Assembly: GCA_029007825.1 (NCBI GenBank)
Contig: JAQXIO010000027.1
Coordinates: forward strand, 16,434 to 80,433
Direction of reading: 5' to 3'
Length of the DNA: 64,000 bases
Origin: Bacteroidales bacterium
Lineage (GTDB): Bacteria > Bacteroidota > Bacteroidia > Bacteroidales > JAQXIO01
Of this stretch, positions 1-11,388 are shown one piece after another. Each line of letters begins with the position of its first letter. The stretch's first letter is position 1. The notes beneath the pieces were generated by a model. The model worked only from the letters and a program-made list of their open reading frames with translations, was not told the DNA's origin and searched no databases. The position numbers and the translations under genes were made by a program.

Positions 1-58
1 CTTATGCCGTTATATTAGTGTTGTTTTTTTCTATATATTCTTTTAATTGAATAATAAA

Positions 59-2011
59 ATGAAAAGTTTTTTTCGAGGACTGATTTATTCTGCGTTTTCT
101 TGTCTTGCTGTTTCTTCGTTAAGTGCGGTTGAAAATGATCCTGTTTTGATGAAGATAAATGGGAAAGAAGTATTGGCATCGGAGTTTTCTTATATATACG
201 GCAAATATCATACGAACAGTCAGAAAGAGAAAACTTCTGTACGTGATTATGTGCCGATGTATGTCAATTTTCGATTAAAAATAGAAGAGGCTTTGTCGGA
301 TGGTCTGGATACGACAAAAGCTTTTAATAAAGAGTTGTCCGGATATCGCGGACAGTTATCCAGGCAGTATCTGGACCCTGCAAGATATGCGGAATCACTT
401 TTGAGATCGATTTATGATCAATCCGGTGAAGTAGTCGAGGCAAGCCATATTTTTGTAAAGACTCCTGCAAAATCGCTTCCTGCCGATACGTTAGTCGCTT
501 ATGAGCGTATTATGCAGATTTACGAAAGGCTGAAAAAAGGTGAATCTTTTGATAAAGTTGCATTAGACGCTTCGGAGGATGTAGGATCGGATACAGAAAG
601 ACCCGGTTATCTGGGGTGGATATATCCTATGATCGTTATACAGCCTATTACGGATGCGGCTTACGCAACGCCGGTCGGTGCTTTTTCCTATCCGGTTCGT
701 TCTACTTTCGGATATCATATAATAAAGGTGCATGGGAAAAAGGCAAATCCGGGAGAGGTTCTTGCTGCACATATTTTGATAAGTGCACAGGAAAATAATT
801 TATTACAAGCCAAACATCGGATAGATAGTATTTATTCGGTCTTGCAGAGCGGGGGTGATTTTTCAGTCTTGGCAAAAGAGTTCTCGGATGACAGAGGCTC
901 TGCCGCTAAAGGAGGGGAATTACCATGGTTCGGTGTGAGAAAGATGGTTCCTGAATTCGAGACTATTGCTTTTTCGTTGGTTTCGCCGGGAGAATATTCT
1001 CGTCCGTTCAGAACTCGTTTCGGCTATCATATAATTAAATTACTTGGAAAGCGTCCGTTCCCTTCGTATGAGGATATGAAAGAAGATATTGCCCGTCAGC
1101 TACCCCGAAGCGACCGTGCATGGGAATTCAGAGGACCTCAGCTTAATGAGCTTAAAGCGGCTTACGGATTCAGATTGTATCCGGATGCTTATCGTGAAAT
1201 TATACGTGTTTCGGATATTTATTATCCTAAAGACTCGATGTTTATCGAAAATGCTTCAACATTGGATAAGCCCTTGTTTGAAATCGGAGAAGATATTTAT
1301 ACACAAAAAGATTTTGTGACCTATATAAAGAAACAATTACCTTCGAATTATTCATTTTCAACGGATGTAATTGAGGATAAGATGAATGCTTATGTTTACG
1401 GTTTATTGCTTAAAAAGGAGGAGCAGAACCTGGAAGCTCGTTTTCCCGAATTCAGAAATCTGATGACAGAGTATCATGATGGTATGTTATTGTTTGAAAT
1501 CTCGAATAAAGAGGTCTGGAACAAAGCGGGAAAAGATACTACAGGGCTGGAACGTTTCTTTAAAAAACATGCTTCCGATTACAAATGGAGGGATAAGCGT
1601 TATAAGGGTGTCATCGTTCTTTGTAAGGATGAAGCTATAAGGAAGAGATTGGACGGATATTCGAAAACTTTATCGACAGAAAATGTTGATGATATAATAA
1701 AAACTCATTTCAATGCGGATTCTATTCCTGAAGTGAAAGTTATTAAAGGTATTTATGTGAAAGGAGATAATCCGCTGGTTGACCAGATTTGTTTTGATAA
1801 AAAGAGGAGAGATATCTCTTTACCTGACGGATATACTTGTTACTTTGAGAAAGGAAAGAGAATTTCTTCGCCGGAATCATATAAGGATATAAAAGGTATT
1901 GTGATTTCAGACTATCAGGAAGAACTGGAAAAAGAGTGGGTACAGTCTCTTAACAGGAAGTTTCCGACAGAGATATATTGGGATGTTATCGACCGGAATA
2001 TACAGAATTAA
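59..2011 (+). CDS. Periplasmic peptidyl-prolyl cis-trans isomerase (SurA/PpiD-like, two parvulin domains)
   Basis: Signal peptide and two rotamase motifs (ASHIF...FGYHIIK; AAHIL...GGELPWF...FGYHIIK). ATG at 59 preferred over TTG at 47. Confidence 0.85.
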   Translation: MKSFFRGLIYSAFSCLAVSSLSAVENDPVLMKINGKEVLASEFSYIYGKYHTNSQKEKTSVRDYVPMYVNFRLKIEEALSDGLDTTKAFNKELSGYRGQLSRQYLDPARYAESLLRSIYDQSGEVVEASHIFVKTPAKSLPADTLVAYERIMQIYERLKKGESFDKVALDASEDVGSDTERPGYLGWIYPMIVIQPITDAAYATPVGAFSYPVRSTFGYHIIKVHGKKANPGEVLAAHILISAQENNLLQAKHRIDSIYSVLQSGGDFSVLAKEFSDDRGSAAKGGELPWFGVRKMVPEFETIAFSLVSPGEYSRPFRTRFGYHIIKLLGKRPFPSYEDMKEDIARQLPRSDRAWEFRGPQLNELKAAYGFRLYPDAYREIIRVSDIYYPKDSMFIENASTLDKPLFEIGEDIYTQKDFVTYIKKQLPSNYSFSTDVIEDKMNAYVYGLLLKKEEQNLEARFPEFRNLMTEYHDGMLLFEISNKEVWNKAGKDTTGLERFFKKHASDYKWRDKRYKGVIVLCKDEAIRKRLDGYSKTLSTENVDDIIKTHFNADSIPEVKVIKGIYVKGDNPLVDQICFDKKRRDISLPDGYTCYFEKGKRISSPESYKDIKGIVISDYQEELEKEWVQSLNRKFPTEIYWDVIDRNIQN

Positions 2012-2861
2012 ATCATTAGGATTTGCATTTCTGTTTATTGTAGTAATGCAGAGTTGTTCATTGTTCTCTCATAAAACAGAGGACAATGACATTGTATTTA
2101 AAGTCGGAGACAAGGCTTTGACGAGAGACGATATCAATACGATTCTTGAACGAGGTCATATACCGGCAGATACGATGCAGTATCTTCATCATTATTTGCG
2201 GAATTGGGCGATTCAACAGTTACTTCTTCAGAATGCGGAAGATAATATACGTAATGCTGAGCAAATTGATTCGTTGGTTTCGGATTTCCGAAAGTCTCTG
2301 TTGATTTCCATGTATGAGGAGAATCTTTTGAAAGAGCGCTTGAGCGGAGAAATTACACAGGAGCAATTACGTTCTTATTACGATAAGAATCCTTCTTTTT
2401 TCGTTCTTGGGCAGAACCTTATCAGAGGTGTGTTTCTGAAAGTGCCGGTTGATGCTCCGAACGTGAATAAGCTAAAGGATTGGATGAAAAAATTATCTTC
2501 GGATGATATAGAAAAGATAGAGAAATATAGTATTCTGAATGCTCAGATTTACGACTATTTTCTTGATAAATGGGTTGATTTGTCCGACTTGCTGAGGGCT
2601 ATGCCTTTGACGGGTAAAAGTTCGCAGGAAACTTTGTTGAAAGAAGACAAACTGATAGAAGGGACAGACGATCGGTTCTTGTATTTGTTAAGGGTAAAGG
2701 AGTATAAGCTGAAGGGCGAGCAGGAACCTTTTGAGGTGGCTCGGCCCCGTATTGAAGAAATCCTGTTGAATGAGCGGAAGAACCAGTTTATATCCGATTT
2801 CAGAAATGAAATGTATGAATGGGCGCTCGAATCAGGTAAAATTGTTTATCATTTGAAATAA
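1983..2861 (+). CDS. Lipoprotein, PPIase/SurA-chaperone-like
   Basis: Hydrophobic N-terminus with lipobox-like MQSC; SurA-N-like helical region; lies between two PPIase genes. Confidence 0.65.
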   Translation: MLSTGIYRIKSLGFAFLFIVVMQSCSLFSHKTEDNDIVFKVGDKALTRDDINTILERGHIPADTMQYLHHYLRNWAIQQLLLQNAEDNIRNAEQIDSLVSDFRKSLLISMYEENLLKERLSGEITQEQLRSYYDKNPSFFVLGQNLIRGVFLKVPVDAPNVNKLKDWMKKLSSDDIEKIEKYSILNAQIYDYFLDKWVDLSDLLRAMPLTGKSSQETLLKEDKLIEGTDDRFLYLLRVKEYKLKGEQEPFEVARPRIEEILLNERKNQFISDFRNEMYEWALESGKIVYHLK

Positions 2862-2868
2862 GGTATTT

Positions 2869-4236
2869 ATGATAAGGATAATTTGTGGTTTTTTCATAGC
2901 ATGCTTTTGTGTAATGACACTTCATGCACAACAAAATGTGATTGATGAAGTATTGTGGATTGTCGGCGATGATGCGATTCTGCGCTCAGACGTAGAGAAT
3001 GTGCGTATGCAAATGCAATATGACGGAGAGCGTATTCAGGGAGATCCCGAATGTGTAATACCCGAGCGGATTGCAGTAAAGAAGCTTTATTTGCATCAGG
3101 CTAAGCTTGATAGTATTGTCCCGAATGAAGTACAGATTGCCCAGAGTGTCGATATGTGGATAAATTATGTCATGAATCAGATCGGCTCGAGGGAGAAGAT
3201 GGAAGAGTATTTCGGAAAGTCTTTGCCTACGATTCGGGATGAGAGGCGTGAGGTTGTAAGAGATCAGCAGATTGTCAGTGAAATGCAGAGAAGTATAGTA
3301 GGCGATCTGAAAATTACACCTTCTGAGGTGCGCGCTTTTTACGATAAGTGGCCTCAGGATAGTCTGCCCTTTGTTCCAACTTCGGTAGAAGTGCAGATAT
3401 TGTCTGTTGAACCTAAGATTCCATTTGAAGAGACGGATGCTATTAAGGCAAGATTGAGAGAATTTACAGATAAAATCAATAAAGGCGAGATGGAATTTTC
3501 AACGCTGGCACGCCTTTATTCGGAAGATCCCGAATCAGCAAAACGTGGAGGAGAACTTGGATTTCTTGGAAAAGGGAATTTATTGCCTGAGTTTGCAAAC
3601 GTTGCATTTAACCTGAATGATCCTAAAAAAGTTTCCAAAATTGTAGAAACGGAATATGGTTTTCATATTATACAATTAATAGAGAAACGGGGTGATCGCG
3701 TGAATTGCCGCCATATTTTATTGCGACCTAAGGTTTCGGAGAAAGAGACAGAAATTGCCATGAGCAAGCTGGATTCTTTAAGGTCGGATATCATAGATGG
3801 AAAGTTTTCGTTTGAAGAAGCTACTGCTGTGATTTCAACCGATAAGGAAACCCGTAATAATAAAGGAATTATGGTAAATAACAATCCGGAGAGTTCTTAT
3901 TATGGTACATCCCGCTTTGCAATGCATGAGCTTCCACAAGAGATAGCTCGTCAGGTTGATGCTTTACAGCCCGGAGAATTTTCGCCTGTATTTCATATGG
4001 TTAATGAGAAACAAAAAGAAATCATAGCTATTATCAAACTGAAATCCAGAATAGAAGGGCATAAGGCGAATCTGACAGATGATTTTCAGGCGATCAAAGC
4101 GATTGTGGAAGAGCGAAAAAAAGATGAGGTTTTGCTAGACTGGATAAAGCAAAAGCAACAGTCTACTTATATACGGGTTAATAAAGAAAATGCCGACTGT
4201 GATTTTGTTTATCCAGGCTGGATTAAGAAGAATTAA
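2869..4236 (+). CDS. surA: SurA-family chaperone/peptidyl-prolyl isomerase
   Basis: N-terminal VIDEVLWIVGDDAILRSD; parvulin motif SEDPESAKRGGELGF...ETEYGFHIIQL; lies upstream of an OstA-like gene. Confidence 0.85.
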   Translation: MIRIICGFFIACFCVMTLHAQQNVIDEVLWIVGDDAILRSDVENVRMQMQYDGERIQGDPECVIPERIAVKKLYLHQAKLDSIVPNEVQIAQSVDMWINYVMNQIGSREKMEEYFGKSLPTIRDERREVVRDQQIVSEMQRSIVGDLKITPSEVRAFYDKWPQDSLPFVPTSVEVQILSVEPKIPFEETDAIKARLREFTDKINKGEMEFSTLARLYSEDPESAKRGGELGFLGKGNLLPEFANVAFNLNDPKKVSKIVETEYGFHIIQLIEKRGDRVNCRHILLRPKVSEKETEIAMSKLDSLRSDIIDGKFSFEEATAVISTDKETRNNKGIMVNNNPESSYYGTSRFAMHELPQEIARQVDALQPGEFSPVFHMVNEKQKEIIAIIKLKSRIEGHKANLTDDFQAIKAIVEERKKDEVLLDWIKQKQQSTYIRVNKENADCDFVYPGWIKKN

Positions 4237-4248
4237 TCGTTGAAATGA

Positions 4249-5865
4249 ATGAACGGTGTGTTCCGGAAACTCTTATTCTCACGAATAGCTTTAGCTTGTA
4301 GTCTATTATTTATCGTAATAATAGTAGTGGCTCAGATTTCCCCGGCTCCAGAACAACCGGAGACATCGCCTGACAAAATTTTTCTGGAACATGCGGATGA
4401 GCTTGTTTTCGATAAGGATCAGAAAGCAGATGTACAGGTTCTTGTAGGAAATGTCGAATTTCGTCATCAAACATCGTATATGTTTTGTGACAGCGCATAT
4501 TTTTATGAACTGTCGAATTCACTGGAAGCATTCGGAAATGTGCGCATGGAACAAGGGGATACCATATTTGTATATGGGGATTACCTGATTTATAACGGGA
4601 ACACTTCTCTGGCAGAATTGAGGGATAGTGTGCGCATGATCAATAATGATGTAACGCTTTATACCGATAGTCTTAATTACGACAGGGTAACTAATATTGG
4701 TTATTATTTTAATGGAGGGACTATCGTGGATGAGGAGAATACACTTTATTCGTTGTTCGGACAATATTCTCCCGCTACAAAACTGGCTTTTTTTAAAGAT
4801 AGTGTATACTTGAAGAATCCGAGATTTGACCTTTATTCCGATACGCTTACTTATAATACGACGACCAAGTTTGCCGAGATTACAGGGCCGACAGAGATTA
4901 TTTCCGATAGCACGATTATTTATTCGACTTCGGGTTGGTATAATACTCTTGAGGATTTGTCGGTGCTTTTAAATCGTTCGGTACTTTGGAATGGTACCAA
5001 ATCTTTGATCGGCGATTCTATAGCTTATGATAAGATGTCGGGACAGGGTAAAGCTTTCGGGAATGTAATTTTGAACGATACGCTTAAAAAAGTAAGTTTA
5101 TATGGCGAATATGTCTTTTATGACGATGTGAAAAAATATGCATTTGCTACCGATTCGGCTATGTGTGCTGAATATTCGCAACCCGATACGCTATTCCTTC
5201 ATGCCGACACGATCAGTTTCAATGAGGTGGATACGACTCAGAGGGAAATTAAGGCTTATCACGGTGTCCGTTTTTACAGAATCGATTTGCAGGGTGTATG
5301 CGATTCGATGATTTATAACAGCCGGGATTCCATTCTTAACATGTATATCGATCCTTATTTATGGAATGCCAATTATCAGTTATCGGGCGATAGTGTACGA
5401 ATTTTTTTGAATGATTCAAGTATCAGTCATGCAGAGATTATAAGCAGTGCATTTGCAATAGAACATGTGGATTCGTCTTATTATAATCAGTTGAGAGGAT
5501 CTGTATTAAAAGCTTATTTTGACGGACGTCAAATCCGGCGTATATTTGTTGACGGTAATGCCGAATCCATTTTTTATCCGGAAGAGAAGGATAGCTCTCT
5601 GATCGGGGTGAATAAAACTAAGAGCGGCTTCTTGTCGATCGATATAAAAGATAATAAGCTGGAACGATTAACTCTATGGCCTCAGTCAGAAGGGACGTTG
5701 ATACCGTTGGAGCAATCTACCGAAACGGATCGTTTCTTTAGTGATTTTAACTGGAATCCGGAATTGCGTCCTACGGACCGGTATGATATTTTCAGGGTGA
5801 AAAGTGTTCCTGAGAATGTAAAGAAAGACCGGGATAAGAAAAGTAAGTTTGATGAAGACGAATAA
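4249..5865 (+). CDS. OstA/LptA-like beta-jellyroll protein (LPS transport family)
   Basis: Signal peptide and repeated beta-strand motifs (GNVEFRH...CDSAYFY...AFGNVRMEQGDT) typical of Bacteroidetes OstA-like proteins. Confidence 0.8.
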   Translation: MNGVFRKLLFSRIALACSLLFIVIIVVAQISPAPEQPETSPDKIFLEHADELVFDKDQKADVQVLVGNVEFRHQTSYMFCDSAYFYELSNSLEAFGNVRMEQGDTIFVYGDYLIYNGNTSLAELRDSVRMINNDVTLYTDSLNYDRVTNIGYYFNGGTIVDEENTLYSLFGQYSPATKLAFFKDSVYLKNPRFDLYSDTLTYNTTTKFAEITGPTEIISDSTIIYSTSGWYNTLEDLSVLLNRSVLWNGTKSLIGDSIAYDKMSGQGKAFGNVILNDTLKKVSLYGEYVFYDDVKKYAFATDSAMCAEYSQPDTLFLHADTISFNEVDTTQREIKAYHGVRFYRIDLQGVCDSMIYNSRDSILNMYIDPYLWNANYQLSGDSVRIFLNDSSISHAEIISSAFAIEHVDSSYYNQLRGSVLKAYFDGRQIRRIFVDGNAESIFYPEEKDSSLIGVNKTKSGFLSIDIKDNKLERLTLWPQSEGTLIPLEQSTETDRFFSDFNWNPELRPTDRYDIFRVKSVPENVKKDRDKKSKFDEDE

Positions 5866-5879
5866 AAATTATAAGCGAT

Positions 5880-6185
5880 ATGTCGATATTTTTCTTTTAT
5901 AACAATCGTAAGCCCAGAAAATATGAGCATAAGCCTATTTATTGGGACCCCAGAAAAGAGGCTTTGGACGAGCGAATTGCTAAAATAAAGAAGGAGATGG
6001 GCATTGAGGAAGAAGATAAGGAGTCTTACAAACCTTCGATAAAGGGAAGTTTTGTAAACGCCAGCCCTCATTTGAAACGTAAGTTAGATAAAGGTGAAGA
6101 CCGGGAGAAAAGAAAATCCAGAAATATTATTATTGCTGTTATTCTGGTGATTTTGTTGGTCGTTGCATATTATATGTATTTCTGA
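5880..6185 (+). CDS. Hypothetical protein with C-terminal membrane anchor
   Basis: 101-aa ORF with a basic body and a C-terminal hydrophobic helix; tightly packed between the ostA-like gene and mutL. Confidence 0.75.
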   Translation: MSIFFFYNNRKPRKYEHKPIYWDPRKEALDERIAKIKKEMGIEEEDKESYKPSIKGSFVNASPHLKRKLDKGEDREKRKSRNIIIAVILVILLVVAYYMYF

Positions 6186-6191
6186 TAAATC

Positions 6192-8036
6192 ATGAGTGAC
6201 ATCATTCGATTATTGCCCGATTCTATTGCTAATCAGATTGCTGCCGGTGAAGTGATTCAGCGTCCTTCTTCCGTTGTGAAAGAGCTGGTGGAGAACTCAG
6301 TCGATGCTGGTGCGAAAACTATATCTGTAATTATCAGAGATGCCGGAAAAACGTTGATTCGTGTGCTTGATGACGGAGTGGGGATGTCAGACACAGATGC
6401 CCGGATGGCTTTTGAGCGTCATGCGACATCGAAGATTAAGGATGCTGCGGACTTATTTAATTTACACTCTTTCGGATTCAGGGGGGAAGCATTGGCATCG
6501 ATAGTGGCAATTGCGCAAGTAGATTTACGGACGAGAAAAGAGGGACAGGAATTGGGTATTCATATTGAATACGCCGGCTCAAAACTACTTGCTTCGGAGT
6601 CTGTAGCTTGTCCTGTCGGTTGTGATTTTCAGGTAAAGAATCTTTTTTTTAATGTGCCTGCACGCCGTAAGTTTCTGAAATCTAATGATACGGAGTTCAG
6701 GAATATTTTGAATGAATTTGAACGTGTCGTTTTGATTCATCCCGAAATAGAATTTCATCTTATTCATAACGATATAGAGCTTTATACATACCGGGAAGCT
6801 GTTTTAAAGAAAAGGATTGAGGACGTGTTCGGTAAAAATCTTTCTCAGTCTTTATTATCATTGGATATTGACACGAGTCTTGTTAATGTGAAGGGATTTG
6901 TTTCGACTCCCGGCTTTGCAAAAAAACGAGGATATCAGCAGTATTTCTTTGTGAATGGACGTTTTATGAAACACCCTTATTTTCATAAAGCAGTGCTTTC
7001 TGCCTTCGATAAAATTATTGAGCCGGATGAAATGCCGTCTTATTTTATAAGTCTGAATGTTGATCCTCAAACAATCGATGTGAATATACACCCGACCAAG
7101 ACTGAAATTAAGTTTGAGAATGAAAAGGCAATATGGCAGATTCTTAATTCGCTCGTGCGAGAGACACTTTGTAAAAGTAGTTCTATTCCTAATCTTGACT
7201 TCAATCAGGACGATGCGATTGATATTCCGGTATATACCGGTAAGCCGGTTTCGGTGCAGCCTCCTCATGTACAGGTAAACCCTAATTATAACCCTTTTAA
7301 TACAGCAGATAAAAGATCTTATGAACGTGAAACTGTTGATTGGGAAAAGTTATATACGCCTGCTTCTGCCGGGAAAAAGAATGTTCTTCCACCGGAGGAT
7401 GATGTACTGCTTTCTTCTGGTGGGGAAATACGTGTGCCGGAGCAATTGTCGTTATCGCCGGAATTTAGTCCCGGAAGTACATCTTATTTCCAGTTCCGGG
7501 GTCGGTATATAGTGAGTTCGTTAAGTTCCGGACTTGTTTTGATTGATCAGCACCGTGCACATATGCGTATATTGTATGACGGGTATGTTGCAAATATAAT
7601 AAACAAGAAAAAGGTCTCCGAACGATTGCTTTTTCCGGAAACGATTGAAGTTTCATCGGAAGAGGCGCTGGTTATTTCTTCTATTCCGGAGGAGATAGAA
7701 TACGCAGGTTTCGATCTTTGCTTTCTTGGAAATAATACATATTCTATAAATGCTCTTCCTTCGGGAATAGAGCCTTCCAGTGCGGCGGCTCTTCTTAAAT
7801 CGATGTTACATAATGCTATTGAAGTGGGATGTGAGGTACAGGACGAAATTGTCGATGCTATTGCAATGTCGCTTGCAAAGGCTGCGGCAATTCCGTATAA
7901 TAAGATTTTGTCAGGAGAAGAGATGGATTATATCGTTGCTTCGCTTTTCGCTTCATCATCACCGAATTATACACCAGACGGAAAAAATGTTTTAATTACT
8001 ATTTCCGATCAGGAACTTCGTAACCGGTTTAAGTAA
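6192..8036 (+). CDS. mutL: DNA mismatch repair endonuclease MutL
   Basis: NQIAAGEVIQRP, GFRGEAL, DVNIHPTKTE and DQHRAHMR motifs. Confidence 0.97.
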   Translation: MSDIIRLLPDSIANQIAAGEVIQRPSSVVKELVENSVDAGAKTISVIIRDAGKTLIRVLDDGVGMSDTDARMAFERHATSKIKDAADLFNLHSFGFRGEALASIVAIAQVDLRTRKEGQELGIHIEYAGSKLLASESVACPVGCDFQVKNLFFNVPARRKFLKSNDTEFRNILNEFERVVLIHPEIEFHLIHNDIELYTYREAVLKKRIEDVFGKNLSQSLLSLDIDTSLVNVKGFVSTPGFAKKRGYQQYFFVNGRFMKHPYFHKAVLSAFDKIIEPDEMPSYFISLNVDPQTIDVNIHPTKTEIKFENEKAIWQILNSLVRETLCKSSSIPNLDFNQDDAIDIPVYTGKPVSVQPPHVQVNPNYNPFNTADKRSYERETVDWEKLYTPASAGKKNVLPPEDDVLLSSGGEIRVPEQLSLSPEFSPGSTSYFQFRGRYIVSSLSSGLVLIDQHRAHMRILYDGYVANIINKKKVSERLLFPETIEVSSEEALVISSIPEEIEYAGFDLCFLGNNTYSINALPSGIEPSSAAALLKSMLHNAIEVGCEVQDEIVDAIAMSLAKAAAIPYNKILSGEEMDYIVASLFASSSPNYTPDGKNVLITISDQELRNRFK

Positions 8037-8150
8037 ATCCTGCTTTTTAGGAGATGCCGAATTTCGGTTTGAAATTTTTATTAAACCGGAGCTTCTATTC
8101 TTTCTGTCGATTTTTTTTACTCCAAACTATTGTATATCAGAAATTATTAG

Positions 8151-8158
8151 TACTTTTG
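8151..8158 (+). promoter_or_regulatory. Bacteroidetes sigma-A -7 element of the str/S10 supercluster
   Basis: TACTTTTG matches TAnnTTTG, about 65 nt upstream of rpsL. Confidence 0.75.
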
Positions 8159-8222
8159 CACCTCAGTTTGTGCAGAAGTCTCAAACATATATAGTGAAAA
8201 TATAGTTTAAAAAATTAGTAAA

Positions 8223-8627
8223 ATGCCTACTATTCAGCAATTAGTAAGAAAAGGACGTGAGTCTTTAGAAGTTAATGGTAAGTCGCCTGCGCTGGATGCC
8301 TGTCCTCAGAGACGTGGTGTATGCGTAAGGGTTTATACCACTACACCTAAGAAGCCGAACTCAGCAATGCGTAAAGTTGCTCGTGTGCGTTTGACCAATG
8401 GAAAAGAGGTGAACTCATATATTCCGGGAGAAGGTCATAACCTGCAGGAACACTCAATCGTGTTGGTTCGCGGCGGTCGTGTTAAGGACCTTCCGGGTGT
8501 TCGCTACCACATCATTAGAGGAACATTGGATACAGCCGGTGTAAACGGCCGTACTCAGCGTCGTTCCAAATATGGAGCAAAACGCCCCAAAGCTGGAGCA
8601 GCACCAGCAGCAAAAGGTAAGAAATAA
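8223..8627 (+). CDS. rpsL: 30S ribosomal protein S12
   Basis: [16 protein letters not shown] and [10 protein letters not shown] motifs. Confidence 0.99.
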   Translation: MPTIQQLVRKGRESLEVNGKSPALDACPQRRGVCVRVYTTTPKKPNSAMRKVARVRLTNGKEVNSYIPGEGHNLQEHSIVLVRGGRVKDLPGVRYHIIRGTLDTAGVNGRTQRRSKYGAKRPKAGAAPAAKGKK

Positions 8628-8677
8628 GAGACCTTTTGTAAAAACAGAGATTTAAAAATTGTAGAATTAGGCTATAA

Positions 8678-8727
8678 GGTTGAGTAAATAACTCCGGCGG
8701 GAGTTATTGAAGTAAAACGAAACAGCC
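8678..8727 (+). promoter_or_regulatory. Structured rpsL-rpsG intercistronic RNA, putative S7 autoregulatory site
   Basis: Perfect stem AATAACTCC/GGAGTTATT (8687-8708) enclosed by GGTTG/CAGCC; same position as the E. coli str operator. Confidence 0.5.
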
Positions 8728-8750
8728 ATTTTGATTTAAAATTATTAGAA

Positions 8751-9227
8751 ATGAGAAAAGCAAAGCCCAAAAAAAGACAGGTTCTTCCTGATCCGGTCTT
8801 TGGTGATGTGAAGGTTACTAAATTTGTGAACCATTTAATGTATGATGGAAAAAAAGGTGTTGCCTTCAATATTTTTTATACAGCTTTAGATGTAGTTAAG
8901 GCTAAAATGCCTAACGAAGAAAAGTCTTCTCTCGAAATATGGAAAGCGGCTCTCGACAATATTACTCCACAAGTCGAAGTGAAATCACGCCGTGTCGGTG
9001 GTGCAACATTTCAGGTTCCTACCGAAATTCGTCCCGATCGTAAAGAATCAATTTCAATGAAAAATCTTATCCTCTATGCCCGTAAAAGAGGTGGAAAGAG
9101 TATGGCGGAAAAACTGGCCAGTGAGATTGTTGATGCATTCAACTCTCAAGGTGGTTCGTTTAAACGTAAAGAGGATATGCATAGAATGGCAGAAGCTAAC
9201 CGTGCTTTTGCTCACTTTAGATTTTAA
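8751..9227 (+). CDS. rpsG: 30S ribosomal protein S7
   Basis: [15 protein letters not shown] and [13 protein letters not shown] motifs. Confidence 0.99.
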   Translation: MRKAKPKKRQVLPDPVFGDVKVTKFVNHLMYDGKKGVAFNIFYTALDVVKAKMPNEEKSSLEIWKAALDNITPQVEVKSRRVGGATFQVPTEIRPDRKESISMKNLILYARKRGGKSMAEKLASEIVDAFNSQGGSFKRKEDMHRMAEANRAFAHFRF

Positions 9228-9251
9228 TTAATTACAAGGAAGAAATAAAAG

Positions 9252-11381
9252 ATGGCAAAAGGTTCAGATCAACTTTTGAAGTACACAAGAAATATCGGTA
9301 TCATGGCTCACATTGATGCCGGTAAAACGACAACTTCGGAGCGTATTCTTTTTTATACAGGTTTGACTCACAAAATCGGTGAGGTGCACGATGGTGCCGC
9401 TACCATGGACTGGATGGAGCAGGAGCAGGAACGTGGTATCACGATCACTTCGGCTGCGACAACAACGTGGTGGAACTATTTGAATGAAAAATATAAAATC
9501 AATTTGATTGATACTCCGGGGCACGTGGACTTTACCGTAGAGGTAGAACGTTCATTGCGTATTCTTGATGGTGCGGTTGCAACATTCTGTGCGGTAGGTG
9601 GCGTAGAGCCACAGTCTGAAACAGTATGGCGTCAGGCTGATAAGTATAATGTACCCCGTATCGGATATGTGAATAAAATGGACCGTTCAGGCGCAAACTT
9701 CTTTGAGGTCGTTCGCCAGTTGAAAGATGTTTTAGGTGCAAATCCGTGTCCTATTCAGATACCTATCGGTGCAGAAGAAAAATTTAAAGGTGTTGTCGAT
9801 CTTATCAAGATGAAAGCTATTTTCTGGCATGATGAGACGATGGGTGCTGATTATACAGAAGAAGAAATTCCGGCAGACTTATTATCTGAAGCTCAGGAAT
9901 GGAGAGAAAAAATGCTGGAGGCCATTGCAGAATGCGATGATGCTTTGATGGAAAAATTCTTTGATGATCCTTCTTCGATTACGGAAGAAGAGATTCAGAC
10001 GGCTATCCGCAAAGGAACTCTTTCTATGAAGATCAATCCGATGATTTGTGGTTCTTCTTTTAAGAATAAGGGTGTTCAGAAACTGTTGGATGCTGTTTGT
10101 GCATATCTTCCCAGTCCTCTGGATAATCCGGTTGTGGAAGGTTCTGATCCTACTGATCCTGATAAAGTTGTAACTCGTAATGCAAGTTCTGATGAGCCTC
10201 TTTGTGCTTTGGCGTTTAAGATTGCTACGGACCCGTATGTAGGGAGACTTTGTTTCTTCCGTGTTTATTCGGGTGAATTACTTGCCGGATCGTATGTTTA
10301 CAATTCCCGCTCAGGCAAAAAAGAACGTATATCTCGTCTTTTCCAAATGCACTCAAACAAACAGAATCCGAAGGATTTGATTGGTTGCGGTGATATCGGA
10401 GCAGGGGTAGGTTTTAAAGATATCCGTACTGGTGATACTCTATGTGATGAGGCTCATCCAATCGTTCTTGAATCGATGGATTTCCCTGATCCGGTTATTG
10501 GTATTGCCGTAGAGCCTAAAACACAGAAAGATTTGGATAAACTGGGTATCGGTTTGGGAAAATTGGCTGAAGAAGATCCTACTTTCCGTGTTGCAACGAA
10601 TGAAGAAACAGGACAGACGGTTATTAGTGGTATGGGTGAGCTTCACCTGGAAATTATTATCGACCGTTTGAGACGCGAATTTAAAGTAGAATGTAACCAA
10701 GGTAAACCTCAGGTTTCTTATAAAGAGTGTATCACAAAACCGGTTGAGTTACGCGAGGTTTATAAGAAACAGACCGGTGGTCGTGGTAAATTCGCCGATA
10801 TTATTGTTCGTGTCGAACCTGCTGATGAGTCGTTTGACGGAGAACTTCAGTTTGTAGATGAAGTGAAGGGTGGTAATATTCCACGTGAATTCATCCCTTC
10901 AGTGCAGAAAGGTTTCCAGCGTGCTATGAAGAATGGTGTTTTGGCCGGTTATGCATTGGATAAATTGAAAGTAACGTTGATTGATGGTTCGTATCACCCG
11001 GTTGACTCGGATCAGTTGTCATTCGAAGTTTGTGCTATTCAGGCATTCAAAAATGCCAGTGAAAAAGCAAGTCCTATGCTTCTTGAACCGATCATGAAGA
11101 TTGAGGTCGTAACTCCGGAAGAAAATATGGGTGACGTTATTTCCGACTTAAACAAACGCCGCGGACAGGTAGAAGGAATGGAATCAAGTCGTTCCGGCGC
11201 CCGTGTAGTAAAAGCGAAAGCTCCGCTTGCCGAAATGTTTGGTTATGTAACGGCTTTACGTACGATTACTTCAGGTAGAGCAACTTCTACAATGACATTC
11301 TCTCATTATGCACCTGTTTCGGCTTCAATAGCGAAAGAAGTGTTGGCAGAGGTGAAAGGTCGTGTAGATTTGGTGAAATAA
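9252..11381 (+). CDS. fusA: Elongation factor G
   Basis: [22 protein letters not shown] and GMGELHL motifs; str operon position. Confidence 0.99.
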   Translation: MAKGSDQLLKYTRNIGIMAHIDAGKTTTSERILFYTGLTHKIGEVHDGAATMDWMEQEQERGITITSAATTTWWNYLNEKYKINLIDTPGHVDFTVEVERSLRILDGAVATFCAVGGVEPQSETVWRQADKYNVPRIGYVNKMDRSGANFFEVVRQLKDVLGANPCPIQIPIGAEEKFKGVVDLIKMKAIFWHDETMGADYTEEEIPADLLSEAQEWREKMLEAIAECDDALMEKFFDDPSSITEEEIQTAIRKGTLSMKINPMICGSSFKNKGVQKLLDAVCAYLPSPLDNPVVEGSDPTDPDKVVTRNASSDEPLCALAFKIATDPYVGRLCFFRVYSGELLAGSYVYNSRSGKKERISRLFQMHSNKQNPKDLIGCGDIGAGVGFKDIRTGDTLCDEAHPIVLESMDFPDPVIGIAVEPKTQKDLDKLGIGLGKLAEEDPTFRVATNEETGQTVISGMGELHLEIIIDRLRREFKVECNQGKPQVSYKECITKPVELREVYKKQTGGRGKFADIIVRVEPADESFDGELQFVDEVKGGNIPREFIPSVQKGFQRAMKNGVLAGYALDKLKVTLIDGSYHPVDSDQLSFEVCAIQAFKNASEKASPMLLEPIMKIEVVTPEENMGDVISDLNKRRGQVEGMESSRSGARVVKAKAPLAEMFGYVTALRTITSGRATSTMTFSHYAPVSASIAKEVLAEVKGRVDLVK

Positions 11382-11388
11382 TAAAGAT

